NCBI GenBank assembly: GCA_043806035.1
Contig: JAZDHK010000041.1
Location: 1 to 43,515 of the forward strand
Direction: 5' to 3'
Source: an archaeon
GTDB taxonomy: Archaea; Nanobdellota; Nanobdellia; Woesearchaeales; UBA9642
DNA length: 43,515 nucleotides
Part shown: positions 18,101-25,299 of the stretch, one piece after another
How the letters are laid out: each line of letters opens with the position of its first letter
Position numbering within the stretch: the stretch's first letter is position 1
Position numbers and translations under genes: made by a program
The notes under the pieces: generated by a model
What the model was told of the DNA's origin: nothing
The model's database searches: none
Seen by the model: only the letters and a program-made list of their open reading frames with translations

Positions 18101-20862
18101 TTCCAGGAACGGCATACCCGCTCCAGCTCGGATACGTAAAGGAACTACACTTCCTCCAAATGACTCCCGTAACAGCATTAGCCAACCTCACACGCTCGTT
18201 ACGGACGATGATGAACACTCCTGAACGCTTTGACGCCATTCTCAAAAACGCGCACAAGGCAGCAGAACAGATGGATGCCGCATGGGCTGACTATCAACGA
18301 AACGGCTTCAGCAGCAAAACGTTCGACACGCTCATAACAAACATACGTGCATTCTGGCAGTACGGCATCCTCGGAGAGGATAAGGGTGCATTCCTCGAAT
18401 CCATACTCATCCCCCTTCTTGTCAAAAATCACGAACTTACTCAGAACGAGGCGCACAGCCTGCTCTCCGCACTCACCCATCCAGAAAGACCAGCATCATT
18501 CAGCAAGGAACGTCTCGATTTTTACAACTTGTGCCTTTCTGTCTCATCACTACAGGATACGCAGAGCAGTACAGCAAATGCACTCTGCAACAAACCATTG
18601 CTCACGAAACTGAACCGATACGTGACGGAATACTTTTTCAAAGACACGAACTTTGTCGACAGAAAAATAGTCACTCCAGAAAGCGTCTTGGCAGATATAC
18701 AGAAAGAGCTGCACGACATCAACGCCGTTCGCCAATCCCGCAAGGAAATACTCAATGGATTTGTTACGGTACGAAAAGAAAGAGAACACGCCACAAAAAA
18801 ATACACCTTCAGCGTAGAGGAAAGAAAGAAACTGGCATTTGCCCAAACATTCATCAGCTTTGTTGACGAGCGAAAAGAAGCAATGATGAAAACATTCTAC
18901 TACTTCTTCTCTGCCATTCATGACATTTGCGACAAACTCCATTTGTCCTATGCTGATGTGCAGTGGTTGACGGTCGATGAAATTCGTGCAATCCTGAATG
19001 AAAATATGCAGTTCGAACTAACGCGTGTACAGCAACGAAAACAGGGAACGATGCTCGTCTACTATCCAGGAAAACCCGTAATCATTTACACAGGAGGGCA
19101 GGCAGAGGCACTCTATGCCGTGTCGCAACATGAAGTGTACGAGGCAACCGTGAAAGGAATGGTTGCAAGCCCAGCAAAAGATGGAAAACGCATCAGAGGC
19201 AGAGCACGAATCATCACGAACCCTTCAACAAGCACATTCAACAAAGGAGACGTGCTTGTCGCAAGCATGACACGTATAGAGTTCGTGCCGCTCATGAAGA
19301 AAGCAGCAGCCATCATCACGGATGAGGGAGGCATTGCCTGTCATGCAGCCATTGTCTCCAGAGAATTAAACATTCCCTGCATCATCGGCACGAAAAATGC
19401 AACGCAAGCGCTCAAGATCGGAGACCTTCTCGAGGTGGACACAACGACGGGCAGGGTACACGTAATCGAGCGAAAAACAGACATGCAAGAACTACACGAA
19501 CGCGTTGCATCAACAGCATGGTACAGGCAAGGAGGATCCTTGCTGCCGTTCTTCATCAGCACGCCCTACCAATGCGTGTATCAGGCATGGGGGCAGGATG
19601 CTGGATTCATCATCCAGCAAGGCATGGACAACATCGCATACTTCAACAAAAGCATAGAGAAGGAAAAACTCGATGAGGCAATAGCAGCATCCCTTGAAGA
19701 CAAGCAGTTCTTGCAGAAAAAGATGAAGGAATGGAGAGTTCTCGTGCGACTGCAGCAAGAAGAACTCAACATGCTGCTGCAGGAACCTACACGAGACATT
19801 CGTGCGTTCGTCAAGGCAACCATCGATGCCTGGGCAGCAACGCTCTTCATCGAAGAAACTGATCCCTGGGGGGATATCGTCCTGCACGACTATCTGCGCA
19901 CGTATGGTGTTTCAGACAAAGAGCTTGCCATACTCACCTCTCCCAAACACTACGGCTACCTGCAACAGGAAGTGCTTGATTTCTGGAAAGCAGTCGAGAA
20001 GGGAGGGGCTCTCAAAAAACATCACGCAACGTATTCCTGGTATTTGGCGTCATGGCTGCACGCCCCGCAACTCACTGAAGAACACTTCCTTGGCAGATTG
20101 CACAAGAAAGGAAAAGTGGGCATACGCAAAGAAGCCAACACCATACGCAAACACCGCCAGGAGACGGAACGGCAGCGGCAGCACCTTCTCAAAAAATATG
20201 CGTTCGACACAAAAACTCGGCGTGTGCTCGACTACTTCAGAACACTGAACGACTGGCGTGATGAACGGAAAAGAGAACTTGTCTGCAAGACAAACACCCT
20301 TCTCGATCAGCTCATCCACCGAGTGTGCATGTTGAACGCCATTCCCCTGCAGGAAGCAAAACACCTTGCCTTCTTCGAAATCAGCAGTCTCCTCCTTACC
20401 GAACAGTACAAGGAAGAGCTGAAGAAGAGAAACCAACAATCGTACGCGTACTGGCAAGACACGCCCGGACACTACACGTATTTGTGTGGGGCAGAGGCAG
20501 AACAGCTCAAGGCAGCCCTCGAGGAAGCCCTCAAAAGTGCACAAAAGGACCTCTGCGGCAGGCCAGCCTATCCAGGAAAAACTCAAGGAATAGTCAGAAT
20601 CATCAATGCGCCCGCTGACTTTTCAAAGATGAATCCTGGAGACATTCTCGTTTCGGTCATGACCCGCCCTGAACTCGTCCCTGCGATGAAAAAGGCAGGA
20701 GCGATTATCACTGATGAAGGAGGCATTACCTGTCACGCTGCCATCATCTCCCGAGAGCTCAAGATTCCGTGCATTGTCGGCACGCAATTAGCAACCACCA
20801 TACTGAAAGACGGAGATGTCGTAGAAGTCGATGCTATGCAGGGCAAAGTTCACAAACTATAG
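12136..20862 (+). CDS. Giant modular PEP-utilising-family phosphotransferase: PPDK_N ATP-grasp domain plus 6 x [acceptor-like domain + phospho-His swivel]
   Basis: N-terminal GGKGASLGEM, VAVRSSATAED, VVVQKMV and DIEWA...QSRPITT. Six TDEGGxxCHAAI motifs with His codons at 13987, 15382, 16834, 17833, 19342 and 20734. No C-terminal PEP-binding TIM barrel. Start placed at GTG 12136 (2908 aa) because the track start overlaps ychF. Confidence 0.9.
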   Translation: MFIKPFTALTMRDVSIAGGKGASLGEMLQAGIPVPDGFVILASTFDVFLKTNKLDATIAAILAKTEHEETAAVEESSRKIQTRILNAAIPKGIQTEITAAFAKLDTMYVAVRSSATAEDSSSAAWAGQLDSHLNTTKATLLENVKRCWSSLFTPRAIFYRFEQKLENEHVSVAVVVQKMVESERSGIAFTVHPVTQNRQELLIEAGYGLGEAIVSGQVTPDNYTILKNLTIKEKNLAEQTRQIVKGQDGGVMWVPCTKQGQTLSDKEIIELSQILLRIEKHYGFPSDIEWAYEKGKFYIVQSRPITTLTPEEPTPVVPSGQVMLTKIFSRQKSLMYMMMWDISERIGYKDFINYDLKHSVFIYDGLTRKTSVWYDLQEAEHIKQLLFAKVKADKTFVGNIIARLDKHWKLISPYLLKKSSIRSIKEFEQYYSNITQWWSAMNTVYPLINDPDLSPAASRTFLLYRERTERYTGEMDTTICNFWKKLLHSDLAEFVLLDEAIKLSKKEIPAERKSIEERKRGFGIYKGKLYTPTALKQRMEEQVLSLHKVETQNVQQFTGVTAFKGNVRGRVKKIIVREDIRDFRQGEILVAETTFPDHVPAMKKAAAIITDEGGITCHAAITARELKIPCIIGTKIATQTLSDGDLVEVDATAGIVRILTEQTSSLVDTFIADQHGKEITKHEGNFSLLVWGTAASLQSSPLYKKYYAGDFSSLLFLVEEKRGIGFFNMDAYKRCAEQAIDQYVHDRFPLLDACKKIFVTIKKMYDTYTTETLKTFSGKALEQIIILAFQTWRNLQVLTLFCEALDEHMVKAYADKEKIKIDINSFFEHASLCDFEEFLAIRDRALLEEKRPAWVLSSYLFTPKATPALINQLIKESGGQKKLREELQRSLDQTKKNKQRSAAYRTTLSGKVCKLYDYVKTAIALRDMRKADTFKNIAVLSDSVREMFKRMHLDEENIIYARAEDFEEKTYENKDYNALLQRRKHGVAVLYSAAVTKEECVPFEETRNKIFSVQDAGKEKDVTGNCACSGKAQGAARIILSSKDFEKFQQGDVLVTSMTRPEFVPLLKKASAIITDEGGITCHAAIISRELKIPCIIGTKHATRTIKDGQLLEINASAGVVRIIENQQQWTKLWEDRSYGLGIVCSAENSVTEQFTKRFDVAMQLIVIRYENGKSSCYCLTNDLRAGGQKIIAKIRTSDFAKKTINEVRAETEKLKSSISPILDMELQSKNYEQLTNMYRDVLQRLEEFYAVAFIPIFLETGENQLSDETERIIKEALACEKREKEFAEIFTVLLTPTTPSTIMEEELALLRTLKQLRGSPQEILQSILVKKHIRDWSWISFNFVDKIEWDESVYADRIRKILAEKKIDQKMREILDYSKTIQKKQESILKSIRFSKEELALITATRQFAEVKEYRKNIITLLFYCCFIILKELASKKKRSLPDMNFLTPNEIAEQKYTEAKERMTYSVILVKDGKSTILTGDTARKKAEELQLDAEEKIANVDELKGTPAQIGNAKGTVRIVNSFADVKKVQEGDILVSIATFPDLVPAMKRAGAIVTDEGGMTCHAAIISRELKKPCIIGTKIATKVLHDGDIVEVDANNGLVRRVTEKKTFTKSYTRDFSIIMEEAWYHGCTKGLQDVFGWTMQHLPFAIYYLNQGSIEVWENEKARKELLDRILEANKKTAFLQNVQKKYAALLKQLEPSWKKGYAENLPAFAQSLFAIMPYFVVQYYTALDERTPPAIRKLALGMRNTDVLFDCCDKIIRTSLLGKSIIRGVETCVLEKELEKIPPPNVLEERKKHFVVIPGTVEACLPLEKYVEQNPTVQLVHTKGDFDGQRLQGTCAFKGKASGTVRILRTKDQIALIQEGDVLVSPMTTPDFLPAMKKAAAIITDEGGITCHAAITARELKKPTVVGTEIATHVLKDGMYVEVDADNGLILLQKGQDNAQNNAFTKLVEEVKQTPMDIQKAQGNICGPDLVFPVYASASILPGTAYPLQLGYVKELHFLQMTPVTALANLTRSLRTMMNTPERFDAILKNAHKAAEQMDAAWADYQRNGFSSKTFDTLITNIRAFWQYGILGEDKGAFLESILIPLLVKNHELTQNEAHSLLSALTHPERPASFSKERLDFYNLCLSVSSLQDTQSSTANALCNKPLLTKLNRYVTEYFFKDTNFVDRKIVTPESVLADIQKELHDINAVRQSRKEILNGFVTVRKEREHATKKYTFSVEERKKLAFAQTFISFVDERKEAMMKTFYYFFSAIHDICDKLHLSYADVQWLTVDEIRAILNENMQFELTRVQQRKQGTMLVYYPGKPVIIYTGGQAEALYAVSQHEVYEATVKGMVASPAKDGKRIRGRARIITNPSTSTFNKGDVLVASMTRIEFVPLMKKAAAIITDEGGIACHAAIVSRELNIPCIIGTKNATQALKIGDLLEVDTTTGRVHVIERKTDMQELHERVASTAWYRQGGSLLPFFISTPYQCVYQAWGQDAGFIIQQGMDNIAYFNKSIEKEKLDEAIAASLEDKQFLQKKMKEWRVLVRLQQEELNMLLQEPTRDIRAFVKATIDAWAATLFIEETDPWGDIVLHDYLRTYGVSDKELAILTSPKHYGYLQQEVLDFWKAVEKGGALKKHHATYSWYLASWLHAPQLTEEHFLGRLHKKGKVGIRKEANTIRKHRQETERQRQHLLKKYAFDTKTRRVLDYFRTLNDWRDERKRELVCKTNTLLDQLIHRVCMLNAIPLQEAKHLAFFEISSLLLTEQYKEELKKRNQQSYAYWQDTPGHYTYLCGAEAEQLKAALEEALKSAQKDLCGRPAYPGKTQGIVRIINAPADFSKMNPGDILVSVMTRPELVPAMKKAGAIITDEGGITCHAAIISRELKIPCIVGTQLATTILKDGDVVEVDAMQGKVHKL

Positions 20863-21735
20863 TCTATGCCAGTGCTTCTTGTAATAGAGCTCGTTGCATT
20901 CCACTTTGGCGAATTCTGCTGTGCCGATGAGCTCTCTGATGCCTGTTCTCTTGTACAAGAATGTGTCTAGTGTCCACGAGTGGCTAAGCCCTATGGTTAT
21001 GGTGTTGTTGCTGATGTCTTGTTCAGCATGTTCTAGCACATCCTTGACGAATGCGGTGATGTTCCTTTCGACGATGTCCGGATCGGCAACATTTCCTGCA
21101 CGAACGTGCTGCATGAACGCATCCTTGTGCTCGACCCATTGGAGAAAGGCATCGAACTCCGTCCCTTTTTCCATAACTTTTCCGATAAGCTCCATGACGG
21201 GAGCATTTGCAGGTCCCATGAACAATTGCACATGCTCTCTTGGCCCATCAATAGTCACTGCAGCACCCGTCCGCTGGGCATCATTGACGTGCTGGATAAT
21301 CCTTCCAAAAATTTCCGTGCGGTTCAGCTCACTCGTCCATATGCGCAAGAGCACGGGTTTTATCGAGAGCAAGACATCATCACGCAGATGCTCTCCCGCA
21401 AGTTTTGCCTGCAAAACCCCTTTATTAGAAAGTGCCCTTCCTGGTTCTTTCGTCTTGTCAGGATGCCTGAACAAATAAACGCTCGGCAGCAATGTGTAGT
21501 GGCTAAGCGAGTCTGCAAGCTGCGCATACTGAGTAGGAACATTATTGTTTTTTTCAATCTCTTTCAGGCATCTGACGGCAATCTCGAGATGATATCTCTT
21601 CTTGGCATGAATGTCCTCTCGCTTGCTCATCTTCTCGAGAAAAGGCAGCATGTTCTTGGCCTGGGCAGCGATGAGCTTCTGCTGACCAGTCTTTATGAGA
21701 CGGTTCAGACGCTGGATGTCTTGGAAAACAGCCAT
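20857..21735 (-). CDS. Histidine phosphatase superfamily protein with N-terminal helical extension
   Basis: YLFRHP, LSNKGVLQA, WTSELNRT and IGLSHS correspond to the RH(G), LxxxG, SxxxR and H motifs. Confidence 0.7.
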   Translation of the reverse strand: MAVFQDIQRLNRLIKTGQQKLIAAQAKNMLPFLEKMSKREDIHAKKRYHLEIAVRCLKEIEKNNNVPTQYAQLADSLSHYTLLPSVYLFRHPDKTKEPGRALSNKGVLQAKLAGEHLRDDVLLSIKPVLLRIWTSELNRTEIFGRIIQHVNDAQRTGAAVTIDGPREHVQLFMGPANAPVMELIGKVMEKGTEFDAFLQWVEHKDAFMQHVRAGNVADPDIVERNITAFVKDVLEHAEQDISNNTITIGLSHSWTLDTFLYKRTGIRELIGTAEFAKVECNELYYKKHWHRL

Positions 21736-21769
21736 GGCAACGTTTTACTCTCATTTTTTATAAATGTAT

Positions 21770-21964
21770 TTATTCTTGTATCTTTCTTCTTTTGCCATTA
21801 ACGTAGCTGTAGAGTTTTCCGGGCTGCTCGTCCAGCGTCATCTTGTGGGATCCATCGCAGAACGGCTGATTCTTGGACAGGCCGCACTGGCATATCCACT
21901 TGCGCTCATTGCCCACTTTTACTTCAACAGGCCCATTTGCCTCATGCTTGACGAGTCGCGCCAT
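21770..21964 (-). CDS. CDGSH iron-sulfur domain protein
   Basis: ICQCGLSKNQPFCDGSH; GGAGG Shine-Dalgarno before ATG 21964. Confidence 0.92.
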   Translation of the reverse strand: MARLVKHEANGPVEVKVGNERKWICQCGLSKNQPFCDGSHKMTLDEQPGKLYSYVNGKRRKIQE

Positions 21965-21980
21965 GTTTTCCTCCATTTAT

Positions 21981-22064
21981 TACGGCTGCCGGGATTTGAA
22001 CCCGGGCTGCAACCTCTCTTCAGATTTGTGGGAGGGTTGATTGCTACCCCTACAACACAGCCGT
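21981..22064 (-). tRNA. tRNA-Gly(CCC) with 13-nt intron at 37/38 (intron 22016-22028)
   Basis: Acceptor ACGGCTG/CAGCCGT+A, D stem TTGT/GCAA, anticodon stem CAACC/GGTTG with loop CT-CCC-A|A, T arm CCGGG-TTCAAAT-CCCGG. 71 nt after splicing. Confidence 0.88.
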
Positions 22065-22166
22065 GCACTCTCGGGAACGTCCGTTTTCTTTATTTGTTTT
22101 TCGAAAAAAAAAGATTTATAAACGACTTTGCTCAGGAGTGAAGAAAACAGGCATAAAGGTGGTAGT

Positions 22167-25100
22167 GTGAAGAAACTGTTTCTCCTCTCATTGGTGGCAA
22201 TGCTTTTGGTCGTTTCTGCATGCAGCACGGGACAGGCGACAAAGCTCTATCTCGGCAACGTACAGGCAGTCGATAAATCTGAAGGCACACTTTATGTCGA
22301 GAGCAATCCGACAGGTGCAGCCATATCCATCTACAACGAAAAAAGCACAGGCGCAACTCCTTGGGAAGAGAGAGGAAGGACTCCCCTCAACATGAACTTG
22401 CCACCCGGAACATATGTTTTTAGAGTTGAGTTGGAAGAGAGAAAAGTAGTAGAGCAAAAGGTAACTGTTCTTGCAGGTCAGATCTCGAGAATACGCATAG
22501 AACTCCCTCTGCTCAACGTTCCTCCCGTCATACTCAACTTCTCCGTCACTCCAAACGGCAACACGCCAGAACGCACATCAGCAATCATGGCATTCGCTTC
22601 TGATGAAGACAATAACCTCGCAAGCATGACGCTCGAACTGTCATTCAACGGTGAACCCTGGTCGGCATATGCTACACAGCCTTGTTCGGGAGCAACCTGC
22701 CAGTTAATCGCGTCACACTACAGAGAGAATCCAGGATCGTACAGGTATAGAGTGACTGCAGTAGACAGCACGGGGGTGACATCCACCTCTCAAATTATTG
22801 ACGCACTCTATGAACTAACATGCACTGATTCTGACGGCGGCATCAACTATGAAGTCCGAGGACAGGTTGTTGGCCCAATAGGGCCTGGCGAGGGCAGCAA
22901 CGGCTGGGATTACTGCTTTACTCCCAATCCTGATGGCAGCGGCACTCCGGGAGAGACAGGAACACGCCTCCTCGAATGGTATTGTGTGGGGAATGGCGTC
23001 AACCAAGACATTGTGACGTGCAACTGCAGTGGTGGCGCATGCCTTCCCGCAAATAACTCGTGGTGCAACGACACGGATGGTGGTCTGAACTATGACGTGT
23101 GGGGTAGGTGCACTGATTCGTTGGGCAATAATTATCCTGATGTTTGTGGCGGTAATGGCTCGGTGATGGAAAGTGTTTGTGTTGGTCCCCCTGGCAATCA
23201 GTCCTGTGGCGTGCAATACTGGACTTGCTCATATGGCTGCAGCGAAGGAGCATGTGTGAGCAACCAGATGGGCGTTTTCCTTCATGTGAACGACGAAACA
23301 CAAGTGGGCAATCATACTGTGCGCTTAATCAATGTCACCAGTTCAGGTGATGTTGTGGTTAGCATTGATGGATACTGGGTATACGTTGATGGAGCAGCTG
23401 ATTCCAATGGTGTCAATGTCGTCATTCTTGACACGTTCTATTCTAATGATGTCAATGAACGATCTGCAACGTTGCAACTCTTCTCAATTGTTCCTGGGAA
23501 TTTCATGCGAGTGGGTTATGTTGATACCGTTCCCCCTGATTATGTTGATACTGTGGAACTCATCAATGTGGCATCAAACTCACTGACTGTTGTAGTTAAT
23601 GTGAGCGGTGTCATGCAGACCGTCACCAACTCCGAAACAGTCAATGATGTGCAGATAAATGTCCTGCAGACCATGTACACAGACACTATTGCGTATAGAG
23701 CTGCTGTGCTGCAGTTCGGAAATACTGACTGTGGCAGCGAATGCAATACCACTGATGGTGGAGATAATATTTTCGTTAGAGGCACGGACACGTATTGGGA
23801 TCTCGGAGCGAACGGTGTTTGTGAGCTTAGGACGTGGACAGACTATTGCGTGGACAACGACACGTTATGGGAATACAATTGTAGATCAGCAGGCATACGA
23901 GAATGTCCGAACGGCTGCAGCGATGGCGCATGCAACCAGAACAACAACAGTACGCCACCGACCATACTGAATTTCTCAGTGGTGCCTTCAGGTGTTACGT
24001 CACAACCAACTTCGCAGGTCTATGTGTATGCAACATCCCATGGTGCCAACATGAATCATATTGATGTATGGGTGACTAAGGATGGTGTAAACCAAGAACC
24101 GATGACTGTTTATTGTTCGGGAACATCCTGCACATTTAATCAGGTGACAACGCGTAATTCATCCGGCTATTATTTGTATTCACCTATAGTCTATGATGCA
24201 TTCGGTAGAGTGGATTCGGAGCCTTCAATAGCTGTCAACTACACCCAATCTGGAAATGTTTGCACGGATTCCGACGGCGGCCTGAACTACGATGTTTCAG
24301 GTTCGGTATTCCTGAACGGGATGAACGTGTGCAATGACTTCTGCACATCAGGAACCCAAGTGAGGGAGTGCTATTGCAGCTCGGGAAATAACGCCACTAT
24401 CCTGCACTTTTGCGGTGCAGGCCAGTACTGCTCGAACGGAGCCTGCGTGCTGAACCACAACCCAACAATAAGCTACTTCCAGGTAATGCCTGATGGTACG
24501 ACCAGTCAGAACTGGTCGAATGTGACGGTGGTTGCGCTGGATCAGGATAACAACATGCACAACATAACCGTGGCAGTGAGACTTAATAATACCTGGCAGT
24601 GGTACTCGACGTACTGTTATGGCAGCCCCTGCGTGTATAGCTTCATACACTACAGGACACTTCAGGGCATGTACAATTACACTGCCTTCGCTTTAGATGT
24701 TGCGGGCGGCTGGAGTAATCAGAACTCTGTATTGGTGAACTACACAGATAGTGGTTCTTGCTCTGACTCGGATGGTGGGCTGAATTATTACACGTCTGGA
24801 TACGTAACGGGCAATTTGATGAATGGCACACCATATACGCAGTACGACTTTTGCGCCAGTGGTAGTTTGCTCGCTGAACAATATTGTAGTGGTACTATTC
24901 CTGCATCAGCAGTTTACACATGTCCCAACGGCTGCAACGCTAACAGATGCATGAACCAAACGAACCAGCCACCAAATCTGACGTACGTCTACGTCCAGTA
25001 CCAATACACGAATACGACATCAAGTATAAGTAACGTAACCTGGTCTGCATTTGACATAAACGACAACATGGCATATGTGGAGTTAAAGGTCTACCGTAAT

Positions 25101-25268
25101 GGCGTAATCCAGAGCACGTCAACCTTCCCCTGCACAGGAACATCCTGCTCTGGAGGAACACTGACGCTGAGAAACCAGACTGGCTACTACGTCTATAATG
25201 CGACTGCAGTGGATGCCGCATCTGCGAGAAGCACCATGCTCGTGCGCTGGCTCTACTACGTACCATAA
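22167..25268 (+). CDS. Large Cys-rich surface (lipo)glycoprotein with PEGA-like domain, CxD(S/T)DGG repeats and Ig-like repeats
   Basis: Lipobox signal MKKLFLLSLVAMLLVVSA-C (GTG 22167 after aggtgg). GTLYVESNPTGA is PEGA-like. Five C.(D/T)(S/T)DGG repeats, four Ig-like units (P.I..F.V.P.G.T-type starts) and many NxS/T sequons. Confidence 0.8.
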   Translation: MKKLFLLSLVAMLLVVSACSTGQATKLYLGNVQAVDKSEGTLYVESNPTGAAISIYNEKSTGATPWEERGRTPLNMNLPPGTYVFRVELEERKVVEQKVTVLAGQISRIRIELPLLNVPPVILNFSVTPNGNTPERTSAIMAFASDEDNNLASMTLELSFNGEPWSAYATQPCSGATCQLIASHYRENPGSYRYRVTAVDSTGVTSTSQIIDALYELTCTDSDGGINYEVRGQVVGPIGPGEGSNGWDYCFTPNPDGSGTPGETGTRLLEWYCVGNGVNQDIVTCNCSGGACLPANNSWCNDTDGGLNYDVWGRCTDSLGNNYPDVCGGNGSVMESVCVGPPGNQSCGVQYWTCSYGCSEGACVSNQMGVFLHVNDETQVGNHTVRLINVTSSGDVVVSIDGYWVYVDGAADSNGVNVVILDTFYSNDVNERSATLQLFSIVPGNFMRVGYVDTVPPDYVDTVELINVASNSLTVVVNVSGVMQTVTNSETVNDVQINVLQTMYTDTIAYRAAVLQFGNTDCGSECNTTDGGDNIFVRGTDTYWDLGANGVCELRTWTDYCVDNDTLWEYNCRSAGIRECPNGCSDGACNQNNNSTPPTILNFSVVPSGVTSQPTSQVYVYATSHGANMNHIDVWVTKDGVNQEPMTVYCSGTSCTFNQVTTRNSSGYYLYSPIVYDAFGRVDSEPSIAVNYTQSGNVCTDSDGGLNYDVSGSVFLNGMNVCNDFCTSGTQVRECYCSSGNNATILHFCGAGQYCSNGACVLNHNPTISYFQVMPDGTTSQNWSNVTVVALDQDNNMHNITVAVRLNNTWQWYSTYCYGSPCVYSFIHYRTLQGMYNYTAFALDVAGGWSNQNSVLVNYTDSGSCSDSDGGLNYYTSGYVTGNLMNGTPYTQYDFCASGSLLAEQYCSGTIPASAVYTCPNGCNANRCMNQTNQPPNLTYVYVQYQYTNTTSSISNVTWSAFDINDNMAYVELKVYRNGVIQSTSTFPCTGTSCSGGTLTLRNQTGYYVYNATAVDAASARSTMLVRWLYYVP

Positions 25269-25299
25269 TTTTTTTATACTCTTTCTTTTTTCTTTCTTC

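Noticed and set aside
12136-20862. Calling the giant ORF ppsA or rph
   Set aside because: It lacks the PEP/pyruvate barrel, a true ppsA is present elsewhere, and rifampin specificity cannot be inferred from the sequence.
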